Shown here: positions 10,737 through 20,772 of the stretch, piece after piece
Numbering within the stretch: the first letter of the stretch is position 1
Layout: the number at the start of each line of letters is the position of its first letter
Sequence record: OQ992558.1
DNA length: 64,000 bases
Reading direction: 5' to 3' (one strand)
DNA from: Escherichia phage L14
The notes under the pieces: model-generated
What the model was told of the DNA's origin: nothing
Seen by the model: the letters and a program-made list of their open reading frames with translations, nothing else
Databases searched by the model: none
Program-made: the position numbers and the translations under genes

Positions 10737-13001
10737 TCATAATTTACAGGATGAACAATCTTCAGCTTTTGGAGTTTCTATTTCATAATCATCAGTACCA
10801 GAACCATCGCGTGTATTATGATAATAGAAATTTTTAATGCCATAATACCATCCGTATAGCATGTCATCAATCATTATTGACATTGGAACCTTTCCTTTTG
10901 GAAAAATCTGCGGATCATAATATGTATTCGCTGAAGCTGATTGACATACCCATTTCAGCATAATAGCTACCTGCGTAAGATAAGGTTTATTACCTTTCTT
11001 GGCTAATTTCCATGTATAATCATAGAGGTCTATGTTATGCTCAATATTCGGAACAACTTGATTAAATGAACCATCTTTTGATTCTTTAACACTTACCGGT
11101 CCGCGTGGAGGCTCGATGCCGTTTGTACTGTTAGATACCTGACTGGACGATTCACAAGGCATAAGTGCTGATAATGTGCTATTACGGATGCCAAAGAGCT
11201 TAAGGTCTTCCCGCAGCGCCGACCAGTCACAAACGTATTTTGGAGCTGCGATTTGGTCAATCTTTTTATTGTACCAGTCGATAGGTAATTCGCCTCGAGA
11301 CCAACGAGTGTCTGAATAATATTCGCAAGGTCCTTTTTCTTTGGCGAGCTTAATGGATGCTTTAATGAGTCCATACTGTAATCTCTCAAATAATTCATGT
11401 GTTAAATCGTTAGCATCTTCATAAGAAGCAAAGTTACTTGCCAGCCAAGCTGCATAGTTGGTAACACCTACACCAAGGTTACGGCGCTTTTTAGCTTTTT
11501 CTGCTTCAGGAACTGGATATCCTTGGTAATCCAACAGATTATCAAGAGCACGAACTTGAACTTCTGCCAATTCATTAATTTTATCTTGGTCTTGCCAGTC
11601 AAAATTATCTAGTACGAATGCAGAGAGAGTACACAATCCAATTTCAGCATCAGGACTATTCACATCATTTGTTGGAATAGCAATTTCACAGCACAAGTTA
11701 CTCTGACGAATAGGCGCCTTTTCACGAATAAACGGAGTATAGTTATTCGTATTATCAATGAACTGCACATAAATCCTTGCGGTTCCTGAACGTTCAGTCA
11801 TGAGCAATTCAAATAGTTCACGGGCTTTAATACGCTTTTTACGAATATTAGGGTCTTTTTCTGCTGCTTCGTATAATTCACGGAAACGGTCTTGGTCTTT
11901 AAAATAAGAATAATAAAGCTCGCCACCCATTTCATGCGGACTGAACAAAGTAATGTAATCATTCTTTCCGAATCGTTCCATCATCAAATCATTCAGTTGA
12001 ACACCATAATCCATATGACGAATGCGGTTTTCTTCTACGCCTTTGTTATTTTTCAAAACAAGAAGATTTTCAACTTCCAAATGCCAAATAGGATAATAAG
12101 CAGTAGCAGCGCCGCCACGAATTCCACCCTGTGAGCATGATTTAACAGCAGTCTGAAAATGTTTCCAAAAAGGAATAACACCAGTATGGCGTACTTCACC
12201 CATGCCAATCTTAGAACCTTCAGCACGAATCATACCAACGTTAATACCAATTCCAGCGCGTTTAGAGATATATTCAACAATTGAAGCAGAAGCCTTATTG
12301 ATAGACTTCAGTGAATCGCCTGCCTCAATAACAACACATGAACTAAACTGCCGAGTTGGAGTACGGCAACCAGCCATAATAGGAGTTGGTAATGAAATCT
12401 GTCGAGTAGATACCGCTTCATAAAAACGGATAACATGTTTTAATCTATCAACAGGTTCATCTTGATGCAATGCCATTCCAATAGTCATAAATGCAAACTG
12501 TGGAGTTTCATAAATTTGACCAGTGGTTTTATCTTTAACTAGATATTTTTCTTTTAATTGCATCGCCCCGGAATAAGTAAATTCCATATCCCGCTCGTGC
12601 TTAATTTTTGATTCTAAAAATGTAATTTCTTCTGCTGAATATTTTGACAATAATTCAGGGTCATATTTACCTTCATTTACACAGTAAGAAATATGGTCAA
12701 TAAATGAACGTGGTTCATACTGCCCATAAACATGCTTACGAAGAGCGAACATTAAACAACGTGCAGCTACATATTGATAATCAGGCTCTTCAACCGAAAT
12801 AGAATTCGCAGCGGCCTTAATGACAATAGTCTGAATATCATCAGTTGTCATTCCATCACGGAGATAAGATTTAATATTTTCATATAATTCATAAGGATCT
12901 ACTGATGTTCCTTCAGCTGCCCAAGATAAAACTTTAATAATTTTTTGCGGGTCAAAGCTCTGAGAAACACCACTACTTTTGATAACATTAATTAATTGCA
13001 T
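10737..13001 (-). CDS. nrdA: ribonucleotide reductase large subunit (754 aa)
   Basis: Class Ia RNR alpha; C-terminal CSSCKL-type tail; length equals T4 NrdA. Confidence 0.92.
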   Translation of the reverse strand: MQLINVIKSSGVSQSFDPQKIIKVLSWAAEGTSVDPYELYENIKSYLRDGMTTDDIQTIVIKAAANSISVEEPDYQYVAARCLMFALRKHVYGQYEPRSFIDHISYCVNEGKYDPELLSKYSAEEITFLESKIKHERDMEFTYSGAMQLKEKYLVKDKTTGQIYETPQFAFMTIGMALHQDEPVDRLKHVIRFYEAVSTRQISLPTPIMAGCRTPTRQFSSCVVIEAGDSLKSINKASASIVEYISKRAGIGINVGMIRAEGSKIGMGEVRHTGVIPFWKHFQTAVKSCSQGGIRGGAATAYYPIWHLEVENLLVLKNNKGVEENRIRHMDYGVQLNDLMMERFGKNDYITLFSPHEMGGELYYSYFKDQDRFRELYEAAEKDPNIRKKRIKARELFELLMTERSGTARIYVQFIDNTNNYTPFIREKAPIRQSNLCCEIAIPTNDVNSPDAEIGLCTLSAFVLDNFDWQDQDKINELAEVQVRALDNLLDYQGYPVPEAEKAKKRRNLGVGVTNYAAWLASNFASYEDANDLTHELFERLQYGLIKASIKLAKEKGPCEYYSDTRWSRGELPIDWYNKKIDQIAAPKYVCDWSALREDLKLFGIRNSTLSALMPCESSSQVSNSTNGIEPPRGPVSVKESKDGSFNQVVPNIEHNIDLYDYTWKLAKKGNKPYLTQVAIMLKWVCQSASANTYYDPQIFPKGKVPMSIMIDDMLYGWYYGIKNFYYHNTRDGSGTDDYEIETPKAEDCSSCKL

Positions 13002-13318
13002 AAGTCCTCAACTTGAAAATCGTCTTTAAACAATCGGTTAACTATATGAGCTATTATATCACCATGACACGGCTTTGGTTTACATGTGCATCCTAGCCTC
13101 ATTCCACGTAAAGGCTCTAAATGTGCTTTAGTTATTTCTCCGGATTTAATTCGACGTATAAAATCTTTTTTGAATAATTCAATGGCAGCCTCCCGGCTGC
13201 CAGCATCTTTACCGACGTAATTTCCCCAAAATGTACCACGGTGAATATTAACATCAAAGTCGGATTTATATTTATTCACTACCTGGCATAGACGGCCCGC
13301 GCGGTGATAATTCGTCAT
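12992..13318 (-). CDS. hypothetical protein (108 aa) with C-x-C-x4-CHGD motif (DUF4326-like)
   Basis: Motif [12 protein letters not shown] in translation; family assignment is from recall. Confidence 0.45.
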   Translation of the reverse strand: MTNYHRAGRLCQVVNKYKSDFDVNIHRGTFWGNYVGKDAGSREAAIELFKKDFIRRIKSGEITKAHLEPLRGMRLGCTCKPKPCHGDIIAHIVNRLFKDDFQVEDLCN

Positions 13319-13535
13319 ATTGTTTTTCCGTTAAAACAGTAATATCATAGTAACAATCAGAAGAAGTTTTAACTGTAGAAATTTTATTATCAAAATACTC
13401 ACGAGTCATTTTATGAGTATAATATTTTTTGCCATAAATGATAATAGGCTGATTTGGTCCTGGAACTTCTAACTCACTTGGGTTAGGAAGTGTAAAAAGA
13501 ACTACACCAGAAGTATCTTTAAATCGTAAAATCAT
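13272..13535 (-). CDS. hypothetical protein (87 aa)
   Basis: ORF downstream of td; overlaps next ORF by 47 nt in another frame. Confidence 0.4.
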   Translation of the reverse strand: MILRFKDTSGVVLFTLPNPSELEVPGPNQPIIIYGKKYYTHKMTREYFDNKISTVKTSSDCYYDITVLTEKQYDELSPRGPSMPGSE

Positions 13536-13558
13536 AAATCCTCACAATTAAATTAAAA

Positions 13559-13870
13559 TTACACCGCCATTTTTCCTTTCAAGACGCCGTGGGACTGATA
13601 ATCTTTGAGAACGAAATCTTTAGGCCTGAGTTTAAGAATGTATTCCAATTGTTCTTTAGTAGAAAGATAGCGGAATTTATAAGGCAATCCGCCTATTACC
13701 AGTTCACAAAGCTCTTTAGGTTCACGACGCAAAATTTCTTTACATTGTTCTACGTGATTCATATAGATATGAGTATTACCACCGGAAAATATCAAATCTC
13801 CCGGAATAAGATTACACATCTTAGCTACAATATGAACTAACGTAGCATATGATGCAATATTAAATGGAAG
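13559..13870 (-). CDS. td: thymidylate synthase, exon 2 (103 aa + stop)
   Basis: Begins CTT CCA TTT (LPFNIASY...) directly after intron 3' terminal G; in frame with exon 1. Confidence 0.9.
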   Translation of the reverse strand, partial: LPFNIASYATLVHIVAKMCNLIPGDLIFSGGNTHIYMNHVEQCKEILRREPKELCELVIGGLPYKFRYLSTKEQLEYILKLRPKDFVLKDYQSHGVLKGKMAV

Positions 13871-14190
13871 CATTATGTTCAGATAAGGTCGTTAATCTTA
13901 CCCCGGAATTATATCCAGCTGCATGTCACCATGCAGATCAGACTATATCTTCAACTTGTTAAAGCAAGTTGTCTATCGTTTCGAGTCACTTGACCCTACT
14001 CCCCAAAGGGATAGTCGTTAGGCATTTATGTAGAACCAATTCCATTTATCAGATTTTACACGGTAAGTAACTAATCCTGATGAAATTATTAAAGGGTAGT
14101 CCTACAATTTAGCACGGGATTGTCTACTAGAGAGGTCCCCCGTTTAGATAGATTACAAGTATAAGTCACCTTATACCTAGGCCTCAATTA
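13871..14190 (-). other. group I self-splicing intron in td, 320 nt, no internal ORF
   Basis: 5' end UAAUUGAGGCCUAGGUAUAAGGUG..., 3' end ...UAACGACCUUAUCUGAACAUAAUG match recalled T4 td intron ends; exon 1 ends in U, intron ends in G. Confidence 0.85.
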
Positions 14191-14739
14191 ACCCAAGAAA
14201 ACATCTACACTGCGTTGATACCATTGTAAATCAAGATAACCATTACGCACATTAAACTGATAGAACATATGACAAGGTGGTAATGCCATATATTTAAGTT
14301 CAGCTGGATTCCACGCAGAAACAATTTGACGCCTATCACTTGGTAGTTTTTTAATACGATCAATAACTTCTATAATTTGGTCTACACCGCCAAAATCGCG
14401 CCACTGTTTTCCATAAATTGGGCCAAGTTCACCACTATGGTATCCTAAATCTTTTGCCTGATTTTCGTAATTTTCATCCCAAACTGTTTTGCCTTGGATT
14501 AACGAATCATGCTGAATTAATCGTAAATCATTGACATTTGTGCTTCCTGATAAAAACCAAAGTAGCTCAGCAATGCAAGCTTTCCAGGCGAGCTTCTTAG
14601 TTGTTACCGCAGGAAAACCTTTAGTTAAATCCCAGCGTAATTTAGTACCGAATAAAGCAATTGTTCCTGTGCCTGTTCGGTCATCGGTTTCATAGCCATT
14701 TTCAAAAATGTCTTTAATTAAATCTTGGTATTGTTTCAT
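14191..14739 (-). CDS. td: thymidylate synthase, exon 1 (183 aa)
   Basis: TS active-site region ...LPPCHMFYQF...; ORF hits stop UAA exactly at intron 5' end. Confidence 0.9.
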
Positions 14740-14784
14740 TTAGTACCTTATATAAATTATAATACATTTTATGAAGCTAAATAA

Positions 14785-15132
14785 TCAATACGGTTTAGCA
14801 TCAAATTTTCTCTCAATTTCAGGTGTGAAATATAATTCTTTACCACGTTTGGAAAAGCGACCAATAATATGATAATTATTCTCATCAAACGTGATATTAC
14901 CAATATCCATAGCTTTCAACCAAATATCGATATTTCTATCCAGCTTTATGTCAAAATTCCAATACGGAGAACTATTACCGAAAATACTGCAAGCGGATTC
15001 AGTGAAACAACTGCTATAAATCTTGTCTTTAGGAACTACTAATTGATAGACACCTTTAATAAACTGAGGACCCTGCCACTTTGGCTGTTTCGTGTCTTTT
15101 TCTAATAGAATAGGGTAATAATTAAAATTCAT
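14785..15132 (-). CDS. hypothetical protein (115 aa) inserted between frd and td
   Basis: Clean ORF filling a ~410-bp gap where T4 frd and td directly overlap (recalled). Confidence 0.5.
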   Translation of the reverse strand: MNFNYYPILLEKDTKQPKWQGPQFIKGVYQLVVPKDKIYSSCFTESACSIFGNSSPYWNFDIKLDRNIDIWLKAMDIGNITFDENNYHIIGRFSKRGKELYFTPEIERKFDAKPY

Positions 15133-15151
15133 ATTTCCGCCACGCGTTATT

Positions 15152-15978
<827 letters not shown>

Positions 15979-15989
15979 ATTGCCTCCTA

Positions 15990-16322
15990 TTAAAAAGGAT
16001 CAGTAACATATCCGCTAGCTTTAATCATTTTAATTAACGTTAACATTCCTTTGTTAACTGCTCGTGAGATTTCATCAAAAACTTCATCACTAAAAAGTTC
16101 TAACACGCCCTTCTGAACTTTTAATTTACAGCCAACAATTTCGTCATCTCCTATAGTAAATTCGCTTCCGCCAATTCCGCCGAAAAACTTAATTACGCCA
16201 GTTAACTGTCTTCCACGAGAATATGGGTCGTGTGATAAAGTAATATGAGTCACCCCAGGTACAGTTTTAAATTGGCAGCGGATGTTTACTTGAGCAATTC
16301 CAGTTACATGAATGTCAGACAT
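15990..16322 (-). CDS. hypothetical protein (110 aa)
   Basis: ORF in 32-frd interval. Confidence 0.45.
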   Translation of the reverse strand: MSDIHVTGIAQVNIRCQFKTVPGVTHITLSHDPYSRGRQLTGVIKFFGGIGGSEFTIGDDEIVGCKLKVQKGVLELFSDEVFDEISRAVNKGMLTLIKMIKASGYVTDPF

Positions 16323-16332
16323 ATTATTTTCC

Positions 16333-16575
16333 TCAAACAGACTTTTTCACAATTTTCCAATCAGCTTTAAACTGATCAACATCAGAATGATAAATCCAGA
16401 ATCCTGCGCTTTCTCCGTCTTCATAAAGAGGACATCCATCACATTCATCTTCCCACCCCATATCGCGTAAAAGATGTTCAGCTTTTTCAACAAGCCCAGA
16501 ATCTTTACCGATGATATTAAAATACCATTTACCTTTAACTTCTGAATCTTTGATGCTCTGGCGTTGTAATCTCAT
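16333..16575 (-). CDS. hypothetical protein (80 aa)
   Basis: ORF in 32-frd interval. Confidence 0.45.
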   Translation of the reverse strand: MRLQRQSIKDSEVKGKWYFNIIGKDSGLVEKAEHLLRDMGWEDECDGCPLYEDGESAGFWIYHSDVDQFKADWKIVKKSV

Positions 16576-16674
16576 TTTATTCTCCTTAACAAGCTTTAAT
16601 CAAAAGATATAAACAGACCAACATAACTGCTGCCATAATATAAGGTGCGAACATTTTCTTTTCTCCATTAGTTT

Positions 16675-16704
16675 TGATAGGGTAATAGTATCACACTACT
16701 ACCC
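16675..16704 (-). promoter_or_regulatory. T4-early-type promoter
   Basis: plus gtaaac 16699-16704, atagta 16675-16680. Confidence 0.4.
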
Positions 16705-16713
16705 TTCTGTAAA

Positions 16714-17094
16714 CTACTTTTTGAAAGTTTTTCGCAAAAGTTCAATGATTTCATCTACATTGTTTTCGTCAACAATGCAGTGAATTTTTGTTACGCCAGA
16801 AACTTTGTCTTTGACTTCATCTTCTTCAGAAGTCGGTTCTTTATACTCACGAAAACAATGAAATTCGTCTTCACAAACGTTAAAGTAAAAATGCTTTCCA
16901 TTTGCGCATTCAATGTGTTTTATTACTCTAAATCCATCAACAAAGAAAGCTTCTTTAACTTCAAACCATCCGCCATTTTCTTGAATAATTTTAACTATTG
17001 CTGAATTAGAACGTGGGCGATAATTAATAAATGTATCAATAAGTCTTGGAACAAGTTCATACTTTTTGCCGATTTCCATTTTGATTTTCCTCAT
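16714..17094 (-). CDS. hypothetical protein (126 aa)
   Basis: ORF in 32-frd interval. Confidence 0.45.
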   Translation of the reverse strand: MRKIKMEIGKKYELVPRLIDTFINYRPRSNSAIVKIIQENGGWFEVKEAFFVDGFRVIKHIECANGKHFYFNVCEDEFHCFREYKEPTSEEDEVKDKVSGVTKIHCIVDENNVDEIIELLRKTFKK

Positions 17095-17124
17095 TTTAAT
17101 AGGGGCTTAATAGCCCCTTGATAA

Positions 17125-17352
17125 TTATTGTTCAATCATTCCCATGTAAAATTCTGTGTCTTCAGCATCCATACCATCACAATATTCATTAGCCATAAAG
17201 CGGGTGAGGTCTTCAAGAGGACCTTCAATAACGATTTGAATACTCCAAAACTTAGAATCTTGTACGCTTGTGATACTAAGTTCAGGATAACGATTACGAA
17301 TAATTTCTTCAATATATTCAAAATCAACGATGTCAATATCAACTTTAGCCAT
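17125..17352 (-). CDS. hypothetical acidic protein (75 aa; start at internal Met with AGAGGAAA RBS)
   Basis: RBS-supported start; the longer ORF-track start would overlap the upstream promoter. Confidence 0.45.
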   Translation of the reverse strand: MAKVDIDIVDFEYIEEIIRNRYPELSITSVQDSKFWSIQIVIEGPLEDLTRFMANEYCDGMDAEDTEFYMGMIEQ

Positions 17353-17395
17353 ATTATTTTCCTCTTTAATTATCAGCAGTATTGCCGATAGTTGT

Positions 17396-17425
17396 ATAGT
17401 ACCATGGAAGGACAAGGATGTAAAC
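17396..17425 (-). promoter_or_regulatory. T4-early-type promoter
   Basis: plus gtaaac 17420-17425, atagta 17396-17401; part of a repeated promoter module. Confidence 0.45.
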
Positions 17426-17448
17426 CGTTTTGTGAAAAAATTTTTGAA

Positions 17449-17475
17449 ATAAAAAAGGGGACCTCTAGGGTCCCC
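17449..17475 (-). terminator. rho-independent terminator downstream of gene 32
   Basis: GGGGACC/GGUCCCC stem followed by UUUUUU on minus strand, 23 nt after gene 32 stop. Confidence 0.7.
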
Positions 17476-17497
17476 AATTAATTAGTAATATAATCTA

Positions 17498-18406
17498 TTA
17501 AAGGTCATTCAAAAGGTCATCCAGGTCTGTGTCATCAGCACTAGATGAACTGCCAGAGCTTGAGCTCATAAAATCATCTTCAGTTTTTGTTTTGAAGTCA
17601 TCAACATTGAATGCATCCAAATCATCAGCAACTTTATCAGCTTTCTTAGCGGCAGTTGCAGCGGCACCACCCATTGCAGCAGTTCCCATAACTTGACTGA
17701 ACTTAGTGCTCAGTTCTTCAAATGATTTGAATTTATCTTTAGAAGTCATTTCAGAAAGGTCAACCATTTGTTCGAACAGTTCTTTCTGGAAAGATTCATC
17801 GTCAATGTTTGGAATCGCAGATTGATTCAGGAATTTAGATTCGTCGTAGTTACTAAATCCAGAAACCTGTTTAACTTTCAGTACAAAGTTAGCACCTTCC
17901 CACGGACAAGTTACATCAACCGGAGTTTCACCCATTTCAACATCAACCGCAATCATCGCGTTGATTTTATCCCAGATTTTCTTACCGAAACGATATTTAA
18001 ATACTTTACCTTCATTTTCTGGAGCAGCTGGGTCTTTTACAACAAGAATATTAGCCCAGTAAGAAGTTTTACGTTTAACAAGACTGTACTCTTTATTGTC
18101 AGTGTTGTACAGATCATTTTTACTGATGTACTGACATACTGGACAAGAATCGTAATCACCGTGGGTAGATGAACAGTTTTCAATATACCATTTACCATTT
18201 TTCTTGAAACCGTGATTTACAAGAATTGCGAATGGTGCTTGTTCATCATTTTTAGACGGAAGAAAACGAATTACTGCTTGACCGTTACCCGCATTGTCGA
18301 GTTTCAGTTTCCACTCGCCTTTATCTTCAGAAGAAAAACCACCTTTATTTCCAGCCAGTTTAGCCATTTGTGCAGCGAGTTCAGCAGTAGATTTACGTTT
18401 AAACAT
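17498..18406 (-). CDS. 32: gp32 single-stranded DNA-binding protein (302 aa)
   Basis: N-terminus [17 protein letters not shown]... and acidic C-terminal tail match recalled T4 gp32. Confidence 0.93.
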   Translation of the reverse strand: MFKRKSTAELAAQMAKLAGNKGGFSSEDKGEWKLKLDNAGNGQAVIRFLPSKNDEQAPFAILVNHGFKKNGKWYIENCSSTHGDYDSCPVCQYISKNDLYNTDNKEYSLVKRKTSYWANILVVKDPAAPENEGKVFKYRFGKKIWDKINAMIAVDVEMGETPVDVTCPWEGANFVLKVKQVSGFSNYDESKFLNQSAIPNIDDESFQKELFEQMVDLSEMTSKDKFKSFEELSTKFSQVMGTAAMGGAAATAAKKADKVADDLDAFNVDDFKTKTEDDFMSSSSGSSSSADDTDLDDLLNDL

Positions 18407-18475
18407 TTTTATTTCCTTTTTTAATTTAATTAACAGTTGGTGCTATGACGATGTATGACCTCATAGCTGGTCAGT
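18407..18475 (-). promoter_or_regulatory. gene 32 translational operator: pseudoknot plus AU-rich UUAAAUUAA repeats
   Basis: Minus-strand leader CAGCUAUGAGGUCAUACAUCGUCAUAGCAC then UUAAUUAAAUUAAAAAAGGAAAUAAAAAUG, as recalled for T4 gp32 autoregulation. Confidence 0.6.
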
Positions 18476-18506
18476 GAGATAATTATAATCTATTTATAAT
18501 AAGCAA

Positions 18507-19160
18507 TTAATACTTGCAAGATTTCACAGTTTCAATGAAAACATTTTTAGCTTTCTGTGAATCAATATTTAAAATTTTTCTATAAGCCTTTAACTTTATA
18601 GAATAATTATTCCAGACTAAATTATCAGTCTGTTCATCGTGTTTATCAATTATATTTAAAAACGAATCAAGCAAGATAAACGTTTCAAACGAAATTATAT
18701 TCGATTGAAGTAGTTTAAAAATATAACTTGATTGAACTTTTGGATTATACTCAAAGATTTCTTTAAAAGCAGAAACTTCAACTTTTTTACTAAAATAGTA
18801 AATATTGCGAATATCTTCTTCAAACTTAAATTTAATTTGCTTTAAGCGTCCGATATATTCACGATAAAACACAAGTGCATCAGCGTCAGAGATGTCGCCA
18901 ATCCAAGCATCCTGGTTAGCAACAAGATTGCTTATAAAGATTAAAGCAAGTTCCTTTAATTTATATTTTTCTGATAACTTCTGGAAAAAATACTTATCCC
19001 TTCGCTTTTGATAAGCGGCATCAGACACCCGCATGCACCAATTATACTTAATAACATCATACTTTCCATTCATATGCTGTTTTATCATTAAGTATAATTT
19101 ATAAACTGATTTACCATCAATGTATCTTTCACCACCAGCAGGCATGCGGAGTTTAATCAT
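18507..19160 (-). CDS. 59: gp59 helicase loader (217 aa)
   Basis: Length and position between 32 and 33 as in T4. Confidence 0.8.
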   Translation of the reverse strand: MIKLRMPAGGERYIDGKSVYKLYLMIKQHMNGKYDVIKYNWCMRVSDAAYQKRRDKYFFQKLSEKYKLKELALIFISNLVANQDAWIGDISDADALVFYREYIGRLKQIKFKFEEDIRNIYYFSKKVEVSAFKEIFEYNPKVQSSYIFKLLQSNIISFETFILLDSFLNIIDKHDEQTDNLVWNNYSIKLKAYRKILNIDSQKAKNVFIETVKSCKY

Positions 19161-19495
19161 AGTAGAAAATCTAATGTATTAGTTTTTTCACAACGAACAA
19201 CAGAAGGACGTAAAAGATTTTCGTCAATGGCTTCTGACTGAATTTTTTCAATTATACCCGAAGGAATAAATTTAGCAAATTGAGTTTCAGGAATAGAGTT
19301 TTCTTCCAAGAATGCTGTCGTAGCTTCAAGATAACTCATTCCAAACTCTTCTACCATTTTTTCAATAATAAATCCATTTTCTTGGCGGTCAAGAAGCTTT
19401 GCAATTTCATCCTTTTCTTTCTTGATTGAAAGTTCTTTTTCTGAAAGCCCGGTCTCATCAACCGGACGAATATCATTTAGAGAAAACTGTGTCAT
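19157..19495 (-). CDS. 33: gp33 late-transcription co-activator (112 aa; start at 4th codon Met)
   Basis: Length and position; acidic protein. Confidence 0.75.
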   Translation of the reverse strand: MTQFSLNDIRPVDETGLSEKELSIKKEKDEIAKLLDRQENGFIIEKMVEEFGMSYLEATTAFLEENSIPETQFAKFIPSGIIEKIQSEAIDENLLRPSVVRCEKTNTLDFLL

Positions 19496-19742
19496 AAAGT
19501 TCAACTACCTCTTCAGTTTCAGCTTCAAACACATCACGGTTATCTTTATGATACAAAGCTAATAGACGATTAAACATCTTACCATCAACGCCAAGTTCAT
19601 CTTTGGCACGAATTCGAATATCTTTAATCAATTCATTATAACCGGAAATTTTCAGTTTATGATCAGATGCTTCTTTAATAAATTTAGCCAAGTCTTCGCC
19701 ATGGATAGCTTCATCAAATTCAACCATTTCTTTTTTAGCCAT
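19473..19742 (-). CDS. dsbA: DsbA double-stranded DNA-binding protein (89 aa)
   Basis: Length and position between rnh and 33 as in T4. Confidence 0.75.
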   Translation of the reverse strand: MAKKEMVEFDEAIHGEDLAKFIKEASDHKLKISGYNELIKDIRIRAKDELGVDGKMFNRLLALYHKDNRDVFEAETEEVVELYDTVFSK

Positions 19743-19750
19743 TATTCACC

Positions 19751-20668
19751 TCAAAATTCATTAATGCTATTAGTTAATTTAGAAAGACCCGCTTTTACAA
19801 AATATGAATAAATTTTGCCACGCGGTGGTAATTTATATGAATTATAGTAATTCACAATGTTTGAAGCAATATTATCAGGAATATAATCAAAATCAATTAG
19901 AACTAAATTTTCTTTATAACGATTATATTCAGATTCTGTGAGAAGCACCTTAGCTTGCTCACGGTCATTAGCAATAGCTTCAACGATTGAAGTTTTCATT
20001 GAAGGAGTCCGTTCACCTTCAACTCTGGTAAACCAAAAGTCAGAACGTACTTTAACTGAAGCAACGTTATCCTTTTTGTCACCCTTAAGAATTTTAGTCA
20101 TACAATCAATTTCAGCAGAACCGCTTTTAATTTTAACCCATTTCTTGTGCATCGGTGACCATTGCTTAACATTTGGATATTTGTGAAGTTGAGTAAAGTC
20201 ACCGTCCGATGAAATGATTAAAATCTTATGTCCTTCTAAAGAGAACTTTTTAACAAGAACAGCAATGTGGTCATCTGCTTCATACTTATCAATATCCATA
20301 ACAATGTATGGCATATAAGCTTTCAATTCATCTATAACTTTATGGCTGGATTCAAAATAACCTTCCCAGTCCCAAGTAGATTCTTCTCGTGCTTTTCCAC
20401 GGTTTTTCTTATAATAATAAGCGAAATCACGGCGCCAGTATCCAGATTTCGCGTTATCAATACACAGCACAATTTTAGTGTATCCAAGCGTTTTTGCTTT
20501 TTTGACATTAAACTTAATTGAGTTCAATATCAAATGACGAACCATTGATAAATTAATTTTTTCTTTATCTGGGAAGTTTACCAGAGCAGTTGAAAGAGCA
20601 ATTTGACTAAAGTCAATAAAGCAAATTCCTTCTTTGTAATCTTCATCCAGCATCATTTCTAAATCCAT
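19751..20668 (-). CDS. rnh: RNase H / FEN-type 5' nuclease (305 aa; start at MDLEMM with GAGG RBS)
   Basis: Matches recalled T4 RNase H; acidic catalytic residues in the DxD..DGD region. Confidence 0.9.
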   Translation of the reverse strand: MDLEMMLDEDYKEGICFIDFSQIALSTALVNFPDKEKINLSMVRHLILNSIKFNVKKAKTLGYTKIVLCIDNAKSGYWRRDFAYYYKKNRGKAREESTWDWEGYFESSHKVIDELKAYMPYIVMDIDKYEADDHIAVLVKKFSLEGHKILIISSDGDFTQLHKYPNVKQWSPMHKKWVKIKSGSAEIDCMTKILKGDKKDNVASVKVRSDFWFTRVEGERTPSMKTSIVEAIANDREQAKVLLTESEYNRYKENLVLIDFDYIPDNIASNIVNYYNSYKLPPRGKIYSYFVKAGLSKLTNSINEF

Positions 20669-20697
20669 ATGAACCTCGTTCAATTAGTGAGATTTCT

Positions 20698-20728
20698 ATT
20701 ATATACTATCCAAATCTTAAAGTAAACA
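20698..20728 (-). promoter_or_regulatory. candidate early promoter for rnh
   Basis: plus gtaaac 20723-20728, attata 20698-20703 (19-nt spacer). Confidence 0.35.
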
Positions 20729-20730
20729 AG

Positions 20731-20738
20731 TATAAATA
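20731..20738 (+). promoter_or_regulatory. T4 late promoter box TATAAATA for gene 34
   Basis: Exact TATAAATA 35 nt upstream of the gene 34 ATG. Confidence 0.7.
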
Positions 20739-20772
20739 CTTATTATTGAAAACACAATAGGAGCCCGGGAGA

